The notes beneath the pieces were generated by a model. The model saw only the letters and a list, made by a program, of their open reading frames with translations. It was not told the DNA's origin and ran no database searches. Below, one piece after another: positions 1-12,670 of a stretch of 64,000 nucleotides of DNA (position 1 is its first letter; every line of letters starts with the position of its first letter). The stretch is from Octopus vulgaris (lineage: Eukaryota), in assembly GCA_951406725.2 (NCBI GenBank), contig OX597819.1, forward strand, positions 78,244,001-78,308,000, written 5' to 3'. A program made the translations under genes and the position numbers.

Positions 1-409
1 AAACAGTGTGTGTGGATTATCTCCTCTACCCATGTGCACCACTCACTTCATTCCTCTCCACACTGTCTCCCACTTGCTCTCTTATTCTCATAAACTCCAC
101 GCGACTCCGGCAGAAGGTAATGGCAAACTTCTGCGGAACCTATATGCCAAGGAAACCGGAAAACCAGCCCTAATGAGCCAGGCGTGGCTTGAGAAGGAAC
201 AAACATACTGAGTCTACCATCTAATTTAACATCACCTGGCACTTTGGTTGCCTTCAGCAGAATCCACATATGGCTTGCAAACACTCAAACCATGTCTCCA
301 GGTAACTGTTACCTTCCTCTCTTCGTCCTATGAGTCTTGAAAGCACACTGTAAAGGGTCATGGGTACTAGCAACATTTTACTCTGTATTTTATTTATTTT
401 TAAAGTTAT

Positions 410-612
410 TTGGCCATTTTTTGACTATGGATCCCTTTGATTCCTATTTTACTCAGATGGACTTTCATAACCATTTAATGTTTAAAAATCCTGTTATATC
501 TCTATAATTAAATGTTATTAGGAATTGCATTAAAAAAAAATTAAGATATTTTGTGTACTGTAGAAGTATAACCGATTTATATTGCACATAATTTTTAACA
601 ACAAAATCAGAG
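410..612 (-). mobile_element. Partial copy of a hAT-like MITE family (same family as 18047-20124, 21050-21278, 59148-59908)
   Basis: Shares blocks such as ccctttgattcc, ataattaaatgttattaggaattg and attgcacataatttttaacaacaaaatc with the other copies; termini not visible. Confidence 0.5.
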
Positions 613-711
613 GTAGCAATGTATCTCCTCTATAGCAAGACACCTGTAAAACTATATACAATAAAACACCTGATTTACTCTAGAGAAAATCCATCACTTA
701 GTAATTGTTTG

Positions 712-1090
712 TTTCAAATTTTGGAACAGGGCCAGCAGTTTTGAGGGGAGGGGGGCAAGTTGATTACATCGATCCCACATATTGATTGGTGCTTTATTTC
801 ATTGGCTCTAAAATGATAACAAGCCAAGTTGACCTCATCAGGATTTGAAATCGGAATGTAAAGCGCTGGAAGAAAGGCTACTAAGCTTTTTGTGCAATGT
901 GCTACCAAGTTTTACCACTTTGATAATCATAATGATTCTTTCTACCAAAAGCACAAGTCCTGAAATTTGGTGCGGGGGGTTAAGTCAATTATATTGACCT
1001 CCAGTGTTCAACTGGTACTTATTTTAAAACCCTGGAAGGATGAAAGGCAAAGTTGACCTCGGCAGAGTTTGAACTCAGAACATAAAGATG
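712..1090 (-). mobile_element. Two tandem decayed SINEs (family B, Meta-domain-like)
   Basis: ggatgaaaggcaaagttgacctcggcagagtttgaactcagaa is the reverse complement of the B-box plus the gactttgcctttcatcc core. Confidence 0.75.
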
Positions 1091-1869
1091 ATGATGAAGA
1101 GTGTGTAATACTTGCCAAGATGAATATAATAATTGCGTAAATTGGTTGAAACAATAATGATGATCAGCGTAAATATATTAGCATCCTCATCAACGTGAAT
1201 TTCAGTTTCCTAGCTCTGTTGTACAGCAAGCATATTACCAACTGCCTAGCTTTCTCATTACCCCTGCCATGATGCCTAACTAGGTTTCCTCACACCTTAA
1301 GTATATCATCTTCAGCCTTCCTTTTGTCTAACCCTTTACATTAACAAGTACACAACACATTTTTTCACCAAAACCTCTTTCATTCACATCACATATCTAT
1401 ATGTGGCACACAGTCATTTATTTCTCCTAATCAACTAGTGCCTCTGATGCCCAAACACTTTCTTAGTTCACTTAAGTGTGTGTTGTTATTGATGCTGCTT
1501 GTTGTTGTAACTGGTATTCTTTTGGTTGTTAGCCCCATGTCAGGTCTAATCTGGCAGATCTACAATCAAAGGGATCCTAGCTTTTATTCAGATGTAATGT
1601 TTCTAGGATTATATTATCCAATGTGTTGTCCTGTTTTGTTTTTTTTTATGATAAATCTGGGTAAAAATTTTAGTAAAATTTAGCTTCTAATTCTAGCAGA
1701 TTCATTTTGACCATATAGAAGCTACTCTGTTGGCTTGAGTGCTCTGTTTTGTTTTGTTTTGTTTTCTTTTGTGGTTTATTTTTTACTGTGTGTTGGGTTA
1801 AAGGTCAACATTATACATCTAGTGGATCATGTTTCACTATCATGCATGGTCATCCTTCATCACCATCAT

Positions 1870-2280
1870 CACCATTTAATGTCTGTTCTCCATGCTGGCA
1901 TGGTTTGACAGGAGCTGGTGAACCAGAGAATTGTGCCAAGCTCTACTGTCTGTTTAGACATGGTTTCTACAGCTGGATACCCCTCCTAATGCCAACCACT
2001 TTACAGAGTGTAGTGGGTGCTTTTTCATGAGGTACCAACACCAGTGCGGTTACCAAATAATTTGCATGACAAGACTCCTTAACTGGGGAGAGGAGTTGTA
2101 TAGAGGGATGTGACTTTGAGCTTGCTGATGAGAGATTATTAAAGTATGATGGAGGGACAGAAATAGGTGTCTTTCTGTAGAGGAAATACATGGCTACCCC
2201 AGATACGAAATATAGAGGAGAGAAGAAAAGATAGTGGTAAAGGTGTGTTGAGGTGTACCCTCAATTTACAGGGAGGGGAA
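1870..2280 (-). mobile_element. Non-autonomous retroposon with an RTE-like 3' tail (family D)
   Basis: tttaatgtctgttctccatgctggcatgg...ctacagctggatacccctcctaatgccaaccac, shared with at least 10 copies in the window. Confidence 0.7.
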
Positions 2281-2595
2281 AAGTGGAATGATATAGAAGA
2301 TTAGACAGGGTGAGGTAATGTAAGTTTAGGAAAATAAGAGAACAAGTGTGGAGAGGAATGAAGTGAGTGGTGTACATGGATGATATCAGATTTTATTATT
2401 GGTAGAAAAGACAACAGCTATCTTAACTTTCTTTCATCCCTTTTTTATTCAAACTGCTATTTGCTTAAATTACTCATTTTCATTCATCAGAAATGTTGGA
2501 ATATATTTTTACCATCAATTTCTCCAAAGACAATGAAATAAATATAAATGAAGGGGTTTCCCTCTATTAAGTATGCTCTTTCCCATCCTTTACAG

Positions 2596-2672
2596 CAGGG
2601 TTCCATAGCCACTGGGTCATAGACCAGTCTGAGTCTCTGGATTATTTGGTACCAGGCTGCACAGAAAGAGTA
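2596..2672 (+). mobile_element. Possible 5' end of a MER1-like (hAT/Charlie) element
   Basis: cagggttccatagccactgggtcatagaccagt...ggtaccaggctgcacag resembles, from memory, a CpG-decayed MER1-type terminus; no second end found. Confidence 0.3.
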
Positions 2673-2779
2673 AATTCTAAAATGATTTTTCTTGGCTATC
2701 ACAATCTGTAAGGTGTTTTTGTTATATATATAATATATATTACACACACACACACACACACATATATGTATTAGAGCAG

Positions 2780-3076
2780 GTAAAGACCCCTTCGATTATG
2801 AATGACCATGGGATTGCACCTAGAAAGATACTCTCCTAGGTACAAGTCCAGGCAGAGTTGTTTATGGGACACCAGCTGTCACCCATGCATATCAGCCTCT
2901 CCTCTCCACACCACATGTTATCCAAGGGAAAGGCAAAGGCAGATACAGCTTGGCACCAGTAATATCACAACTCATTTCTACAGTGTCTTGCTCAAGAACA
3001 CAACACACAACCCAGTCCGGGAATTGAACTCACTACCTCATGATTGTGAGCCTGACACTTCAACCACTAAACCATG
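2780..3076 (-). mobile_element. tRNA-derived SINE (family C, CORE-like)
   Basis: gtcttgctcaagaacacaacacacaacccagtccgggaattgaactc (B-box on the minus strand); same family at 11922, 13850, 39765, 42936. Confidence 0.75.
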
Positions 3077-3435
3077 TATTATATATGTAATAGTCAAATT
3101 ATGTTATTATGCAGTGAAGGTGCATGGCTAAAGATATTTGGCTCAAGATCGTCTGATACCTGACAGCACAGCACATTGTGCTCTTGATCGAGACACTTTA
3201 TTTCACCTTGCTCCAGTCCACTCAGCTGGAAAAAATGAATAGTACCTGTATTTCAGTGGGCCGACCTTATCACATTCTGTGTCGTGCTGAATCTCCCTGA
3301 GAATTATGCTGAGGGTATGTGTGTCTATGGAGTGTTCAACCACTTGTACATTAATTTAATAAGCAGGTTGTTCCCTTGATCGGCTCAACTGGAACCCTTG
3401 TCATTATAACTGACAGTGCCAGGTTTTATATATAT

Positions 3436-3810
3436 ACTCTTTTTTTTTTGTTTTAGTCATTTGACTGCGGTCATGCTGGAGCACCCACCTTTAGTCAAAC
3501 AAATCAACCCTAGGACTCATTCTTTGTAAGCCTAGTACTTATTCTACTGGTCTCTTTTACTGAACTGCTAAGTTACAAGGATGTAAGCATCGGTTGTCAA
3601 GCAATGGCAAGAGGACAAACACAGATACACGAACACACACACACACACACATATGTATGTATAATGGGCTTCTTTCAGTTTCTGTCTACCAAATCCACTC
3701 ACAAGGCTTTGGTTGGCCTGAGGCTATAGTAGAAGACACATGCCCAAGGTGCCATGCAGTGGGACTGAACCCAGAACCATGTGGCTGGTAAGCAAGCTAC
3801 TTACTACACA
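3436..3810 (-). mobile_element. tRNA-derived SINE (family A, CORE-like, internal TA/CA microsatellite)
   Basis: Reverse complement of the family A consensus, including the B-box (gggactgaacc) and the tail cagtcaaatgact. Confidence 0.8.
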
Positions 3811-4099
3811 TCTTATATGAAACTAGTCCATTGTGTAAAAAAAAAAAAAGGATTGGGGACTGCTTCCTTATACAATATTCCAACATTAAATTCCATTCAT
3901 TATTCTTCTTTCTCTTCCTTATATCCTAACGAAGTTAGATTTAATTAACTATACTCCCTTCCTATTCCCACATTGTACTGATATTAACATTGATAACACT
4001 CCTTCCTATTTCCTACATAGTATCAATATTACAGTCAGCTGACTTATAAAATCCTTCCTGCCCCAGATATTGTACCAATATTAAATTCATTTCACTAGA

Positions 4100-4742
4100 G
4101 GTGCGGGTATGGGTGTGTGGTAAGAGGTTTGCTTCCCAACCACTTGGTCCTGAGTTCAGTCCCACTGCATGGCACTTTGGGCAAGTGTCTCTTACTATAG
4201 CCTTGGGCAAGTGTCTCTTACTGAAGCCTTGTGAGTGGATTCATTAGACGGAAACTGAAAGAAGCCTGTCATATATGTGTGTGTGTGTGTCTTTGTGTCT
4301 GTGCTTGTCCCTCACCACCACTAGACAACCGGTGTTGGTGTGTTTATATACCTATTTCTTTACTACCCACAAGGGGCTAAACACAGAGGGTACAAACAAG
4401 GACAGACAAACGGATTAAGTTGATTACATCGACCGCAGTGCGTAACTGGTACTTATTTAATCGACCCCGACAGGATGAAAGGCAAAGTCGACCTCGGTGG
4501 AATTTGAACTCAGAACGTAACGGCAGATGAAATACGGCTACGCATTTCGCCCGGCGTGCTAATGTTTCTGCCAGCTCGCCGCCTTATATATACCTGTGAC
4601 TTAGCAGTTTGGCAAAAGAGACTGAAAGAATAAGTACCAGGCATTTAAAAAATGCACTGGGGTCAATTCGTTTGATTAAAACCTCTTCAAGGCAGTGCTC
4701 CAGTATGGCCACATTCTGATGACAGAAACAAAAGATATAAGG
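4100..4742 (+). mobile_element. Family A SINE interrupted by a family B SINE
   Basis: A-box/B-box head and gggcaagtgtc core; the tail resumes after 4590. Confidence 0.75.
4351..4584 (-). mobile_element. Young full-length family B SINE nested in a family A SINE
   Basis: CpG-intact copy ending gccagctcgccgcc; tatatacct is repeated on both sides (target-site duplication). Confidence 0.85.
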
Positions 4743-4794
4743 ATATTCTTTATATAAAATGAATACCAATTAAATACTAGGCTGATTTAAATCT

Positions 4795-5188
4795 TTTATC
4801 CTTTATCTGTTTCAGTCATTAGACTGTGGCCATGCTGGGGCACCACCTTCAAGGACTTTTAGTCAAATGAATTGACCCCAGCACTTATATTCTTTTTAAG
4901 CATGGTACTTATTTTATCAGTCTCCTCTTTGCCGAACTGCTAAGTTTTGAGGACACAAACAAACCAACACCAGTTGTTAAGTGGCAGTAGTAAACAAACA
5001 CATACACACATTCATTTATTTGTTTCAGTCATTTGACTGCAGCCATGCTGGAGCACCACCTTGAAGGATTTTAGTCAAGCAAATCAACCCTGGGACTTAT
5101 CTTTTTAAAGCCTAGTACTTATTCTATCAGTCTCTTTTGATAAACCGCTAAGTTTTAGGGATGTAAACACACCAACACCAGTTGTCAA

Positions 5189-5227
<39 letters not shown>

Positions 5228-5280
5228 CACATGATGGGCTTTTTTTTTAAGTTTCCGTCAACCAAATCCACTCATAAGGC
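4795..5280 (-). mobile_element. Two partial family A SINEs
   Basis: gtttcagtcatt...catgctgg tails at about 4810 and 5020. Confidence 0.7.
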
Positions 5281-5345
5281 TTTTATGCCTAAGAAAAAAA
5301 AGAAACATTGAAACTTTATTGAGTCCACTCTGTTGAAAATATTCA

Positions 5346-5740
5346 GGCGCAGGAGTGGCTGTGTGTTTACCAACCACATGGTTCCGGGTTCAGTCCCACT
5401 GCGTGGCACCTTGGACAAGTGTCTTCTACTATATAGCCTCGGGCCCACCAAAGCCTTGTGAGTGGATTCGGTAGACGGAAACTGAAAGAAGCCTGTCATA
5501 TATATGTATATATATATTTGTGCGTGTATGTATGTGTGTCTGTGTTAGTCCCCCTAGCATTGCTTGACAATCGATGCTGGTGTGTTTATGTCCCCGTCAC
5601 TTAGCGGTTCGGCAAAAGGGACCAATAGAATAAGTACTGGGCTTACAAAGAATAAGTCCCGGGGTCGAGTTACTTGATTAAAGGCGGTGCTCCAGCATGG
5701 CCGCAGTCAAATGACTGAAACGAGTAAAATGAGTAAAAGA
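5346..5740 (+). mobile_element. Near full-length family A SINE
   Basis: ggcgcaggagtggctgtgtg (A-box), ggttcagtccc (B-box), ggcaccttggacaagtgtc (CORE-like), tail cagtcaaatgactgaaac. Confidence 0.88.
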
Positions 5741-6307
5741 GAGAGGCCAAATCTCTTTTTGGTCTAAATACAACTTCCTTGTACCAATCACAGAAGACCT
5801 GAAGAAGGGGGATTCACAATCACTTGCCTTACTTCCTCTGACTAAACTAAACTGCAAAAAAAAAAAAAAAAAAAGAAACAAACAGCCCCACCCATCCGTC
5901 TTGCCATTCTTGTTAAATTTATGACAGTGATCATTGTAGCATTACCATGTTAAAGTGGGGGTACAAGTTTGGGGCAGATGCAGAGGAGCAGGCAAGGGTT
6001 TGTTAGTGTGACATATTAACCCAAGAACTTAAATCACCAATGGGGCCCCTTTTTTTTCCCTTTTTTTTTTTTTTTTTATCTAACTCAGCCACTCCATTCA
6101 CTTATATCTTCTTCTCTCTTCTTTTGCTGCAACTCACAACGGTCGTTAATATCCATCTTACTCTTCCTTTTTCTTTTGCTTCTGTTTTTTTTTTTTGGAT
6201 ATTTTGTCTTTGTTTTTGTTTTCCTCATATCATTTGCGTTATGCATGAGCTTTGGTTTTAATATATGTAATATCCATGGATAGGTGGGACCAGTAACACA
6301 CAGAGAC

Positions 6308-6567
6308 ATACACACACACACACACACACACACATGCATACATATATATATATACACACACACACACACATATATATATATACACACATACATACATGCA
6401 TACATATATATATATATACACACACACACATACATACATGCATACATATATATATATATATACACACACATACATACATATATATATATATACACACACA
6501 CACGTACATACATATATGTATATATACACATGTACATATATATATATATACACATATATAGATATAT

Positions 6568-6628
<61 letters not shown>

Positions 6629-6655
6629 CACTCATACATATATATGTATATATAA
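6308..6655. repeat. Compound (CA)n/(TA)n/(TACA)n microsatellite
   Basis: Directly visible. Confidence 0.95.
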
Positions 6656-7094
6656 AATTAAATTTTATTGTGACATTTCCCCCCTCTACTATTGCTTTAA
6701 CACACATACACAAAATGCACCCTTAATATGGAACTACACCTCTATCACCCACCACCACCAAACTACCCATCTTTGGAGAGAAATGACACTACAAACTCTC
6801 TCACCTTCCCTATCAATCATATCTACCTCATTCTCTCCTCTTTTCCATTACACCCCTCTCTCTCTCTTTCTCTCTCTTTCTACATCACAGTCACATCTAC
6901 TAATTTCAGCACCACCACCACAGCAGTTGTTTCCATCGCCGCCATTGCCATCACCATCAATCATGTTGTCCTTTCTCCTGTCACTCAGTCACCTGCAGGC
7001 GCATCAACAGTGCTTTCAGCAACGAGACAGAGGGGATGGTGGTGGTGGGGAGGGGGAGGGGACTTGCGTGGAGAGAACATGGGAACTTCAAATA

Positions 7095-9380
7095 ACGACT
7101 ATTACAATGACACTAATAATGACGAAGATGATGATGATGATGATGGCCTATGGTGCTGATGGTAGTAATGATGATGATGATGATGATGGCTATGGTGCTG
7201 ATGGTAGTATGATGATGATGGCTATGGTGCTGATGGTAGTATGATGATGATGATGGCTATGGTGCTGATGGTAGTATGATGATGATGATGATGATGGCTA
7301 TGGTGCTGATGGTAGTATGATGATGATGATGATGATGGCTATGGTGCTGATGGTAGTATGATGATGATGATGATGATGGCTATGGTGCTGATGGTAGTAT
7401 GATGATGATGATGGCTATGGTGCTGATGGTAGTATGATGATGGTGGTAATGATGATGAAAATGATAATGATGATGGTGGTGGTGGTGGATGATGGTGGTG
7501 ATGATGATGTAAGTACTGATGATGACTTATGAGGATTATGATGATGGCTGTGATGATGATGATGATGATGACTGCAGTGCTGATGGTAGTGATGATGGTG
7601 GTGATGCTGAAGGTGGGTAGTGCTGATGATGACTGATGACTATACAACTATGATTGTGATGGCAGTGGCGGTGGTGGTGGTGATGGTTGTGATGAGGATG
7701 ATAATTATGATGATGATGATGATGACGGTGTTGGGTAATGGCTAGGGATACCACCAACAACAACAACAACAACTACAATAATACTAATACCCACGAGAGT
7801 AACACTAGGGAGAAGAAAACATGAATATTTTGATGTGACGGCAATGAGGATGATGATGATGACGATGATGGGGGAGGTGGTGATAATGATCATGAAGATG
7901 GTGATGATGATGATGTGATGATGATGACGATGATGATGTGATGACGATGATGATGATGGGAGAGGTGGTGATAATGATCATGAAGATGATGATGTGATGA
8001 TGATGATGATGATGTGATGATGATGACGATGATGATGATGGGGGAGGTGGTGATAATGATCATGAAGATGGTGATGATGATGATGTGATGATGATGATGG
8101 GGGAGGTGGTGATAATGATCATGAAGATGATGATGATGACGATGATGCTAGTGACAGAAGTGGTAATGACAGTACTGGTTGCAGTGCTAGTAATGTTTGT
8201 TGCTGTTGTTGTTGATGATGATGATGGCAGTGGTGGTGTTGCCTAAAGACACAAACAACCACAAAACTAACAAGAACAAGTACATGAGCACTAGTAAAAC
8301 GAATGCAGAAAACAGCCGTATCATATTGTGATGACGATGATGATGATGATGATGACGACAACGACGATGTTGAGTTGATAAGAATAATAAATGGCTTGTA
8401 GAGGTGGGCAGAGGGAGGTCGATGGCAGTAATGGGGGCAGGGGAGGGGGTGATTTAGAAGTTACAACAATAGGAATATTATAAAGGATGGTGATGGTAAT
8501 TGATGAAGATGACGATGATGATGATGATGATAACAGGCAGTAATAACAATGCTATAGAACAGAGGAGAGTGGCAATAATTGATGACAATGGTGGCAGTGA
8601 TGATGATGATGATGATGGTGATGATGATTATGATGTTGATGATGATAGCAATAATAGCAATATAATGAATGAGGAGGCTGATAATTGATGAGGGTGGTGG
8701 TGGTGGTGTACGTGGGGGGTGGAGGTGATGGTAGCCATGATTGTCATGATGTTGTTGTGGTTGGTGATGGTTGTGGTGGTGGTGGCGGCGGTGGGTGTTG
8801 AAGATATTAACTGTGATGATGGTAACAGCAATGACAATGATGATAATGATGATGATGATGATATTAATAACAGTAATTAACTACGCAATATGTAAGGTAG
8901 AAGACAGTGGGGTGGAATGAAGTAGAAACAAAAAAAAAATAATATAATAAAATAAAATAACAGCAGCAGCAGCAGCAACAACAAGAATAACAATAACACT
9001 GTCTCTAACATTCGAAAAGGTGTGCATGGATAATGGACAATAAAGAGACTTCAAACTGTAGGATGTCTTTAGTTGCACACCCATGTTCATAGGTAGATTA
9101 ATAAAGTGGTGGTGGTGGTGGTGATGATAGCAGCAGTGGAAGATTTGATGGTGGAGGGAGTGGGAGAGGGGGGGAGATATATATGATGGAGGGATGGCAT
9201 GAAGAAATTTCTCCTTCCCCGTCTCTCCCACCCATCGCACCCTTCCGTGATTGGGGTGGACTTGATAATGATTGAGCATCTTTATAAGGAAGTCTGCATG
9301 TGGCATGAGTGATGGTCATGGCAGTGACGGTGGTGTCTGTGATTGTGATGGTGATGATGGTGGTGGTGGTGGTGGTGGTG
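7095..9380. repeat. (GAT)n/(GGT)n low-complexity block with nested minisatellites
   Basis: Unit (gat)n-ggctatggtgctgatggtagtat repeated about 8 times at 7140-7440; unit gggggaggtggtgataatgatcatgaagatg 4 times at 7860-8130. Confidence 0.9.
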
Positions 9381-10020
9381 GCATGGACTAAACACACTGG
9401 AGGTGACATTAACTGATCGGTGTTGGTCTCCAGATGGATTGATCACTTGTCAAAACAACAACAACAACAGCAGTAGCAGCAACAATAACTACAACAGTAA
9501 CAACAAGAAAATCACAATAGGGAATGCAGAAATCAAACTGCCACAGCTCACTGCCACTCTTATCACTGTCACCATCGCCGTCCTCATTGCCACCGTCGTT
9601 GTTGTTGTCGTCATTGCTGTTTATCAATGTTGACATTGGCAAAAGTGTAATTATGCCTCACCAACCAATGATGACTTCTCTGTCATTTAAAATTATAGAA
9701 CTTCAGCAAGGGTAGTTGATACTTTCATGGTGACGGTTGCAGTGATAATGGTTAAGGAGGAGCTTTAGGGGTGGGGACGTTCACTTGAGGACCAGCCAGG
9801 TGCTGTAAGCAACAAATAGGTTACTTCCCAAATGTAACTAACAGGCCCCCCACCCAACCCGCTGTCTTATGCCTAACGGCCATGAAGGGACAATGGTAAA
9901 TCTTTCCTGTTAGAAAACTTAAAAAGGGGGTACATAGGGAGTACATATGAATATGTCTTCATGTACAGACCTTCAAGTGTTCAATTCTAATTTCTTTTAA
10001 TGTTGTGCTTTTGAATTTAT

Positions 10021-10390
10021 TGGCTGTGTGGTAAGAAGTTTGCTTCCCATCCACATGGATAGAGGTTCAGTCCCACTGCATGGCACCTTGGGCCAAGTGT
10101 TGTCTTCTACAATAACCCAGTGCCGACCAAAGCCTTGTGAGTAGATTTGGCTGACAGAACTGAAAGAAGCCCATTGTACATGTGCGTGTGTTTGTGTCTG
10201 TCTTGCACCACCAATTGACGACTAGTGTTGGTTTGTTTATATCTCTGTAACTTAGTGCTTCAGTAAAAGAGACTGACAGAGTTTGTACCAGGTTTATAAA
10301 AATAAGTACGAGGACTGATTTGTTAGACTAAAATTTTTGAAGGCAGTGCTCCAGTATGACCAAAGTCTAATGACTGAAATAAGTAAAAAA
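10021..10390 (+). mobile_element. Decayed family A SINE
   Basis: tggctgtgtggtaagaag...ggttcagtccc...ctaatgactgaaat. Confidence 0.8.
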
Positions 10391-10719
10391 ATAAATAAAA
10401 GATACCCAAACATTGCTAAATTAATGTAATTGGTGTTGTCGTGTGTAACTTTAAAAAACATGCATTGTTTCTAGCAAGCATTCAACAGTAATTAAAAATA
10501 TTTTTTGATCAAAATATGTACAAACATACAAGTAACAGACTAAAGTAGTTATTTTACATGTAGGGGAAACATGACGCTAAACCAAATATAAGGTATTTTT
10601 TAACTGTTGGCAATCAGAAGTATCTGTCGATGGTATGTTAGACCTGTTGTCTTCAAAAGAGACATAAATGAGTTTCAGTGTTCAGAATTTTTCTTCTAAG
10701 AGCATGAATGGTATAGTAT

Positions 10720-11067
10720 GACACAAGTGGTCCGAACGTGGCGATGCCAGCGCCACCTTGACTGGCTCCCATACCGGTGGCACGGAAAAACACCATCCGA
10801 ATGTGGCCGATGCCAGCGCCGGTGGCATGTAAAAAGCACCAATCCGATCGTGGCCGTTGCCAGCCTCACCTGGCATTTGTGCCAGTGGCACGTAAAAAGC
10901 ACCCACTACACTCACAGAGTGGCTGGCATTGGGAAGAGCATCCAGCTGTAGAAACACTGCCAGATCAGACAGGAGCCTGGGTGCAGCCTTCTGGCTTCCC
11001 AGATCCTGGTCGAACCATCTAACCCATGCTAGCATGGAGAACGGACGTTAAATGATGATGATGATGA
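10720..11067 (+). mobile_element. Family D retroposon (young, CpG-rich) with a (GAT)n tail
   Basis: Internal ggcacgtaaaaagcacc repeats; cccatgctagcatggagaacggacgttaaatgatgatg end. Confidence 0.8.
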
Positions 11068-11070
11068 AAC

Positions 11071-11330
11071 CCAACATCTGGGAAACACAAGCACAACACA
11101 GCCCTGCCTGGCAAAGCTGCACCAATAGAAGGGCCACCTCCTATCAACAGAACAGGATTGCAGGAGTGCAAAGAAAATGCAAATTGAGCGAATCCAGAGC
11201 CAACTCCTTTCCTTGTGCCTGACCTCTGGCAGAGCCTTTCAAGCACATATCAGACTGATTGGCCACAACTGGACACACCATGCCGCATCTTTTTCTCCTA
11301 TGTGATGTCCTTGGTCATCATCAACGACAA
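11071..11330 (+). pseudogene. RTE-clade LINE 3' remnant (ORF C-terminus with a degenerate C2H2 finger)
   Basis: Translates with frameshifts to NIWETQAQHSPAWQSCTNRRATSYQQNRIA...GRAFQAHIRLIGHNWTH, resembling the RTE pattern WExLAxDRxxWR...CGRxFxxxIGLxSHxRxH. Confidence 0.7.
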
Positions 11331-11714
11331 CAGATTAATTAATATGTTGATTATGTATGTCTGAAAGGCACTGACCTAAGTGACCCTCTCTCCCTCTCCC
11401 CTGTTAGCCCTTCGCCCAACCTGAGAACCTTATGTTATGTGGGTGAAGATACATACAGCTCAGTCACCAATTCATATCACACACGCACTCAAACATGCAC
11501 ATATACATTTTATGAGGTAAAATAAGGTTAATGTATTCTCTTCCTGACCACAAGAACATGAGTTCATATATTATTAAAGCTAATGAAGTAAAATGAACAT
11601 CAAGACTATTGTGTATCATCGGTTTGCTTATATAAAGGCAATGATCCTCTGTGTGTGTTTGAAAGAGGAGTGTTATTGGGAGCTTTGGTATGCATGTCTG
11701 AGATAGGGTTTACA

Positions 11715-12638
11715 GGCATGTCTGTGTTGTTCAGAAGCTCACTTTGCAGCCATGCAGTTTCAGGTTCAGTTTGACTGCATGGCACCTTGGGGCAAGTGTT
11801 TCCTACCATAATTCCAGGTTGACCAATGCCTCATGAGTGGATCTTGTAGTTAGAAACTGTATTGAAGTCTGTCGTGCATGTATGCATGCATACATATATT
11901 TGTTTTTATTTTTTATTTTGAAGACCTCCATCGGTCAGGAATGGCCATGGTATTGCACCTAAAAGGTTCCCCTCTGAGGCTTAAGTCCAGGCAAGGTAGT
12001 TTATGGATGACTAGCATTTCCTCATGCATACCAGCCTCCTTGGATAACACTACCAATGTTATCCAAAGGAAAGGCAAACGCTGATACAGCTTGGCACCAG
12101 TGACATTGCAACTCATTTCTACAGCTGAGTGAAACAACATGAAATGAAGTATCTTGCTCAAGAACACAACACACAACCTCGTCCAGGAATCGGACTCACT
12201 GCCATATGATTGTGGGCCCAACTCTCTAACCACTGAGTCATACACCTTCACATACATACACATACATATCAAAGTATGTATATGTGCATGTATTTGCATT
12301 TGCCCTCCCCACTGCGTGACAACCAGTGTTGTTTTTGTTTGTGTCTCTGTAACTTAGCAGTTCAGCAAAAGGAGACTGATAGAATAAGTACTGGAGTTGA
12401 TTTGAAAATTACTATTTGTAAATCTCTCAATGAGAGATATTCAGCAACAGTACTCTAGCGTAAAGATTATTTGCCAACATAACATGGCAGTCCTGGTTTA
12501 GGATGAATGTTGCTGTAATTTAGCCCCAGGAGACATCATCTCCAGCTGGCTATAGGTCAATATCGAACAGGTAGAGTATTTTGGCTGGATGTGGCTGGCT
12601 TAAATGCTAAAAGGGTTAACACAGTAGTCACATGTCCA

Positions 12639-12670
<32 letters not shown>

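Noticed and set aside
2465-2495. Minus-strand CTGATGA-at-GAAA hammerhead-like text
   Set aside because: Only 2 nt lie between the boxes, so stem II cannot form
3594-3791. Recurrent peptide GLLSVSVYQIHSQGFGWPEAIVEDTCPRCHAVGLNPEPCGW
   Set aside because: Antisense translation of the family A SINE head, repeated with every copy
5346-5420. tRNA gene
   Set aside because: The A/B boxes belong to SINE heads that continue into SINE body sequence; no complete cloverleaf
6085-7244. Longest ORFs (282, 184 and 151 aa) of [12 protein letters not shown] type
   Set aside because: Translations of dinucleotide and trinucleotide repeats, open in several frames on both strands
7140-7440. DDDGYGADGS repeats resembling an acidic biomineral protein, or a Met-rich reflectin-like text
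   Set aside because: Most units shift the frame, and no reflectin motif or signal peptide is present
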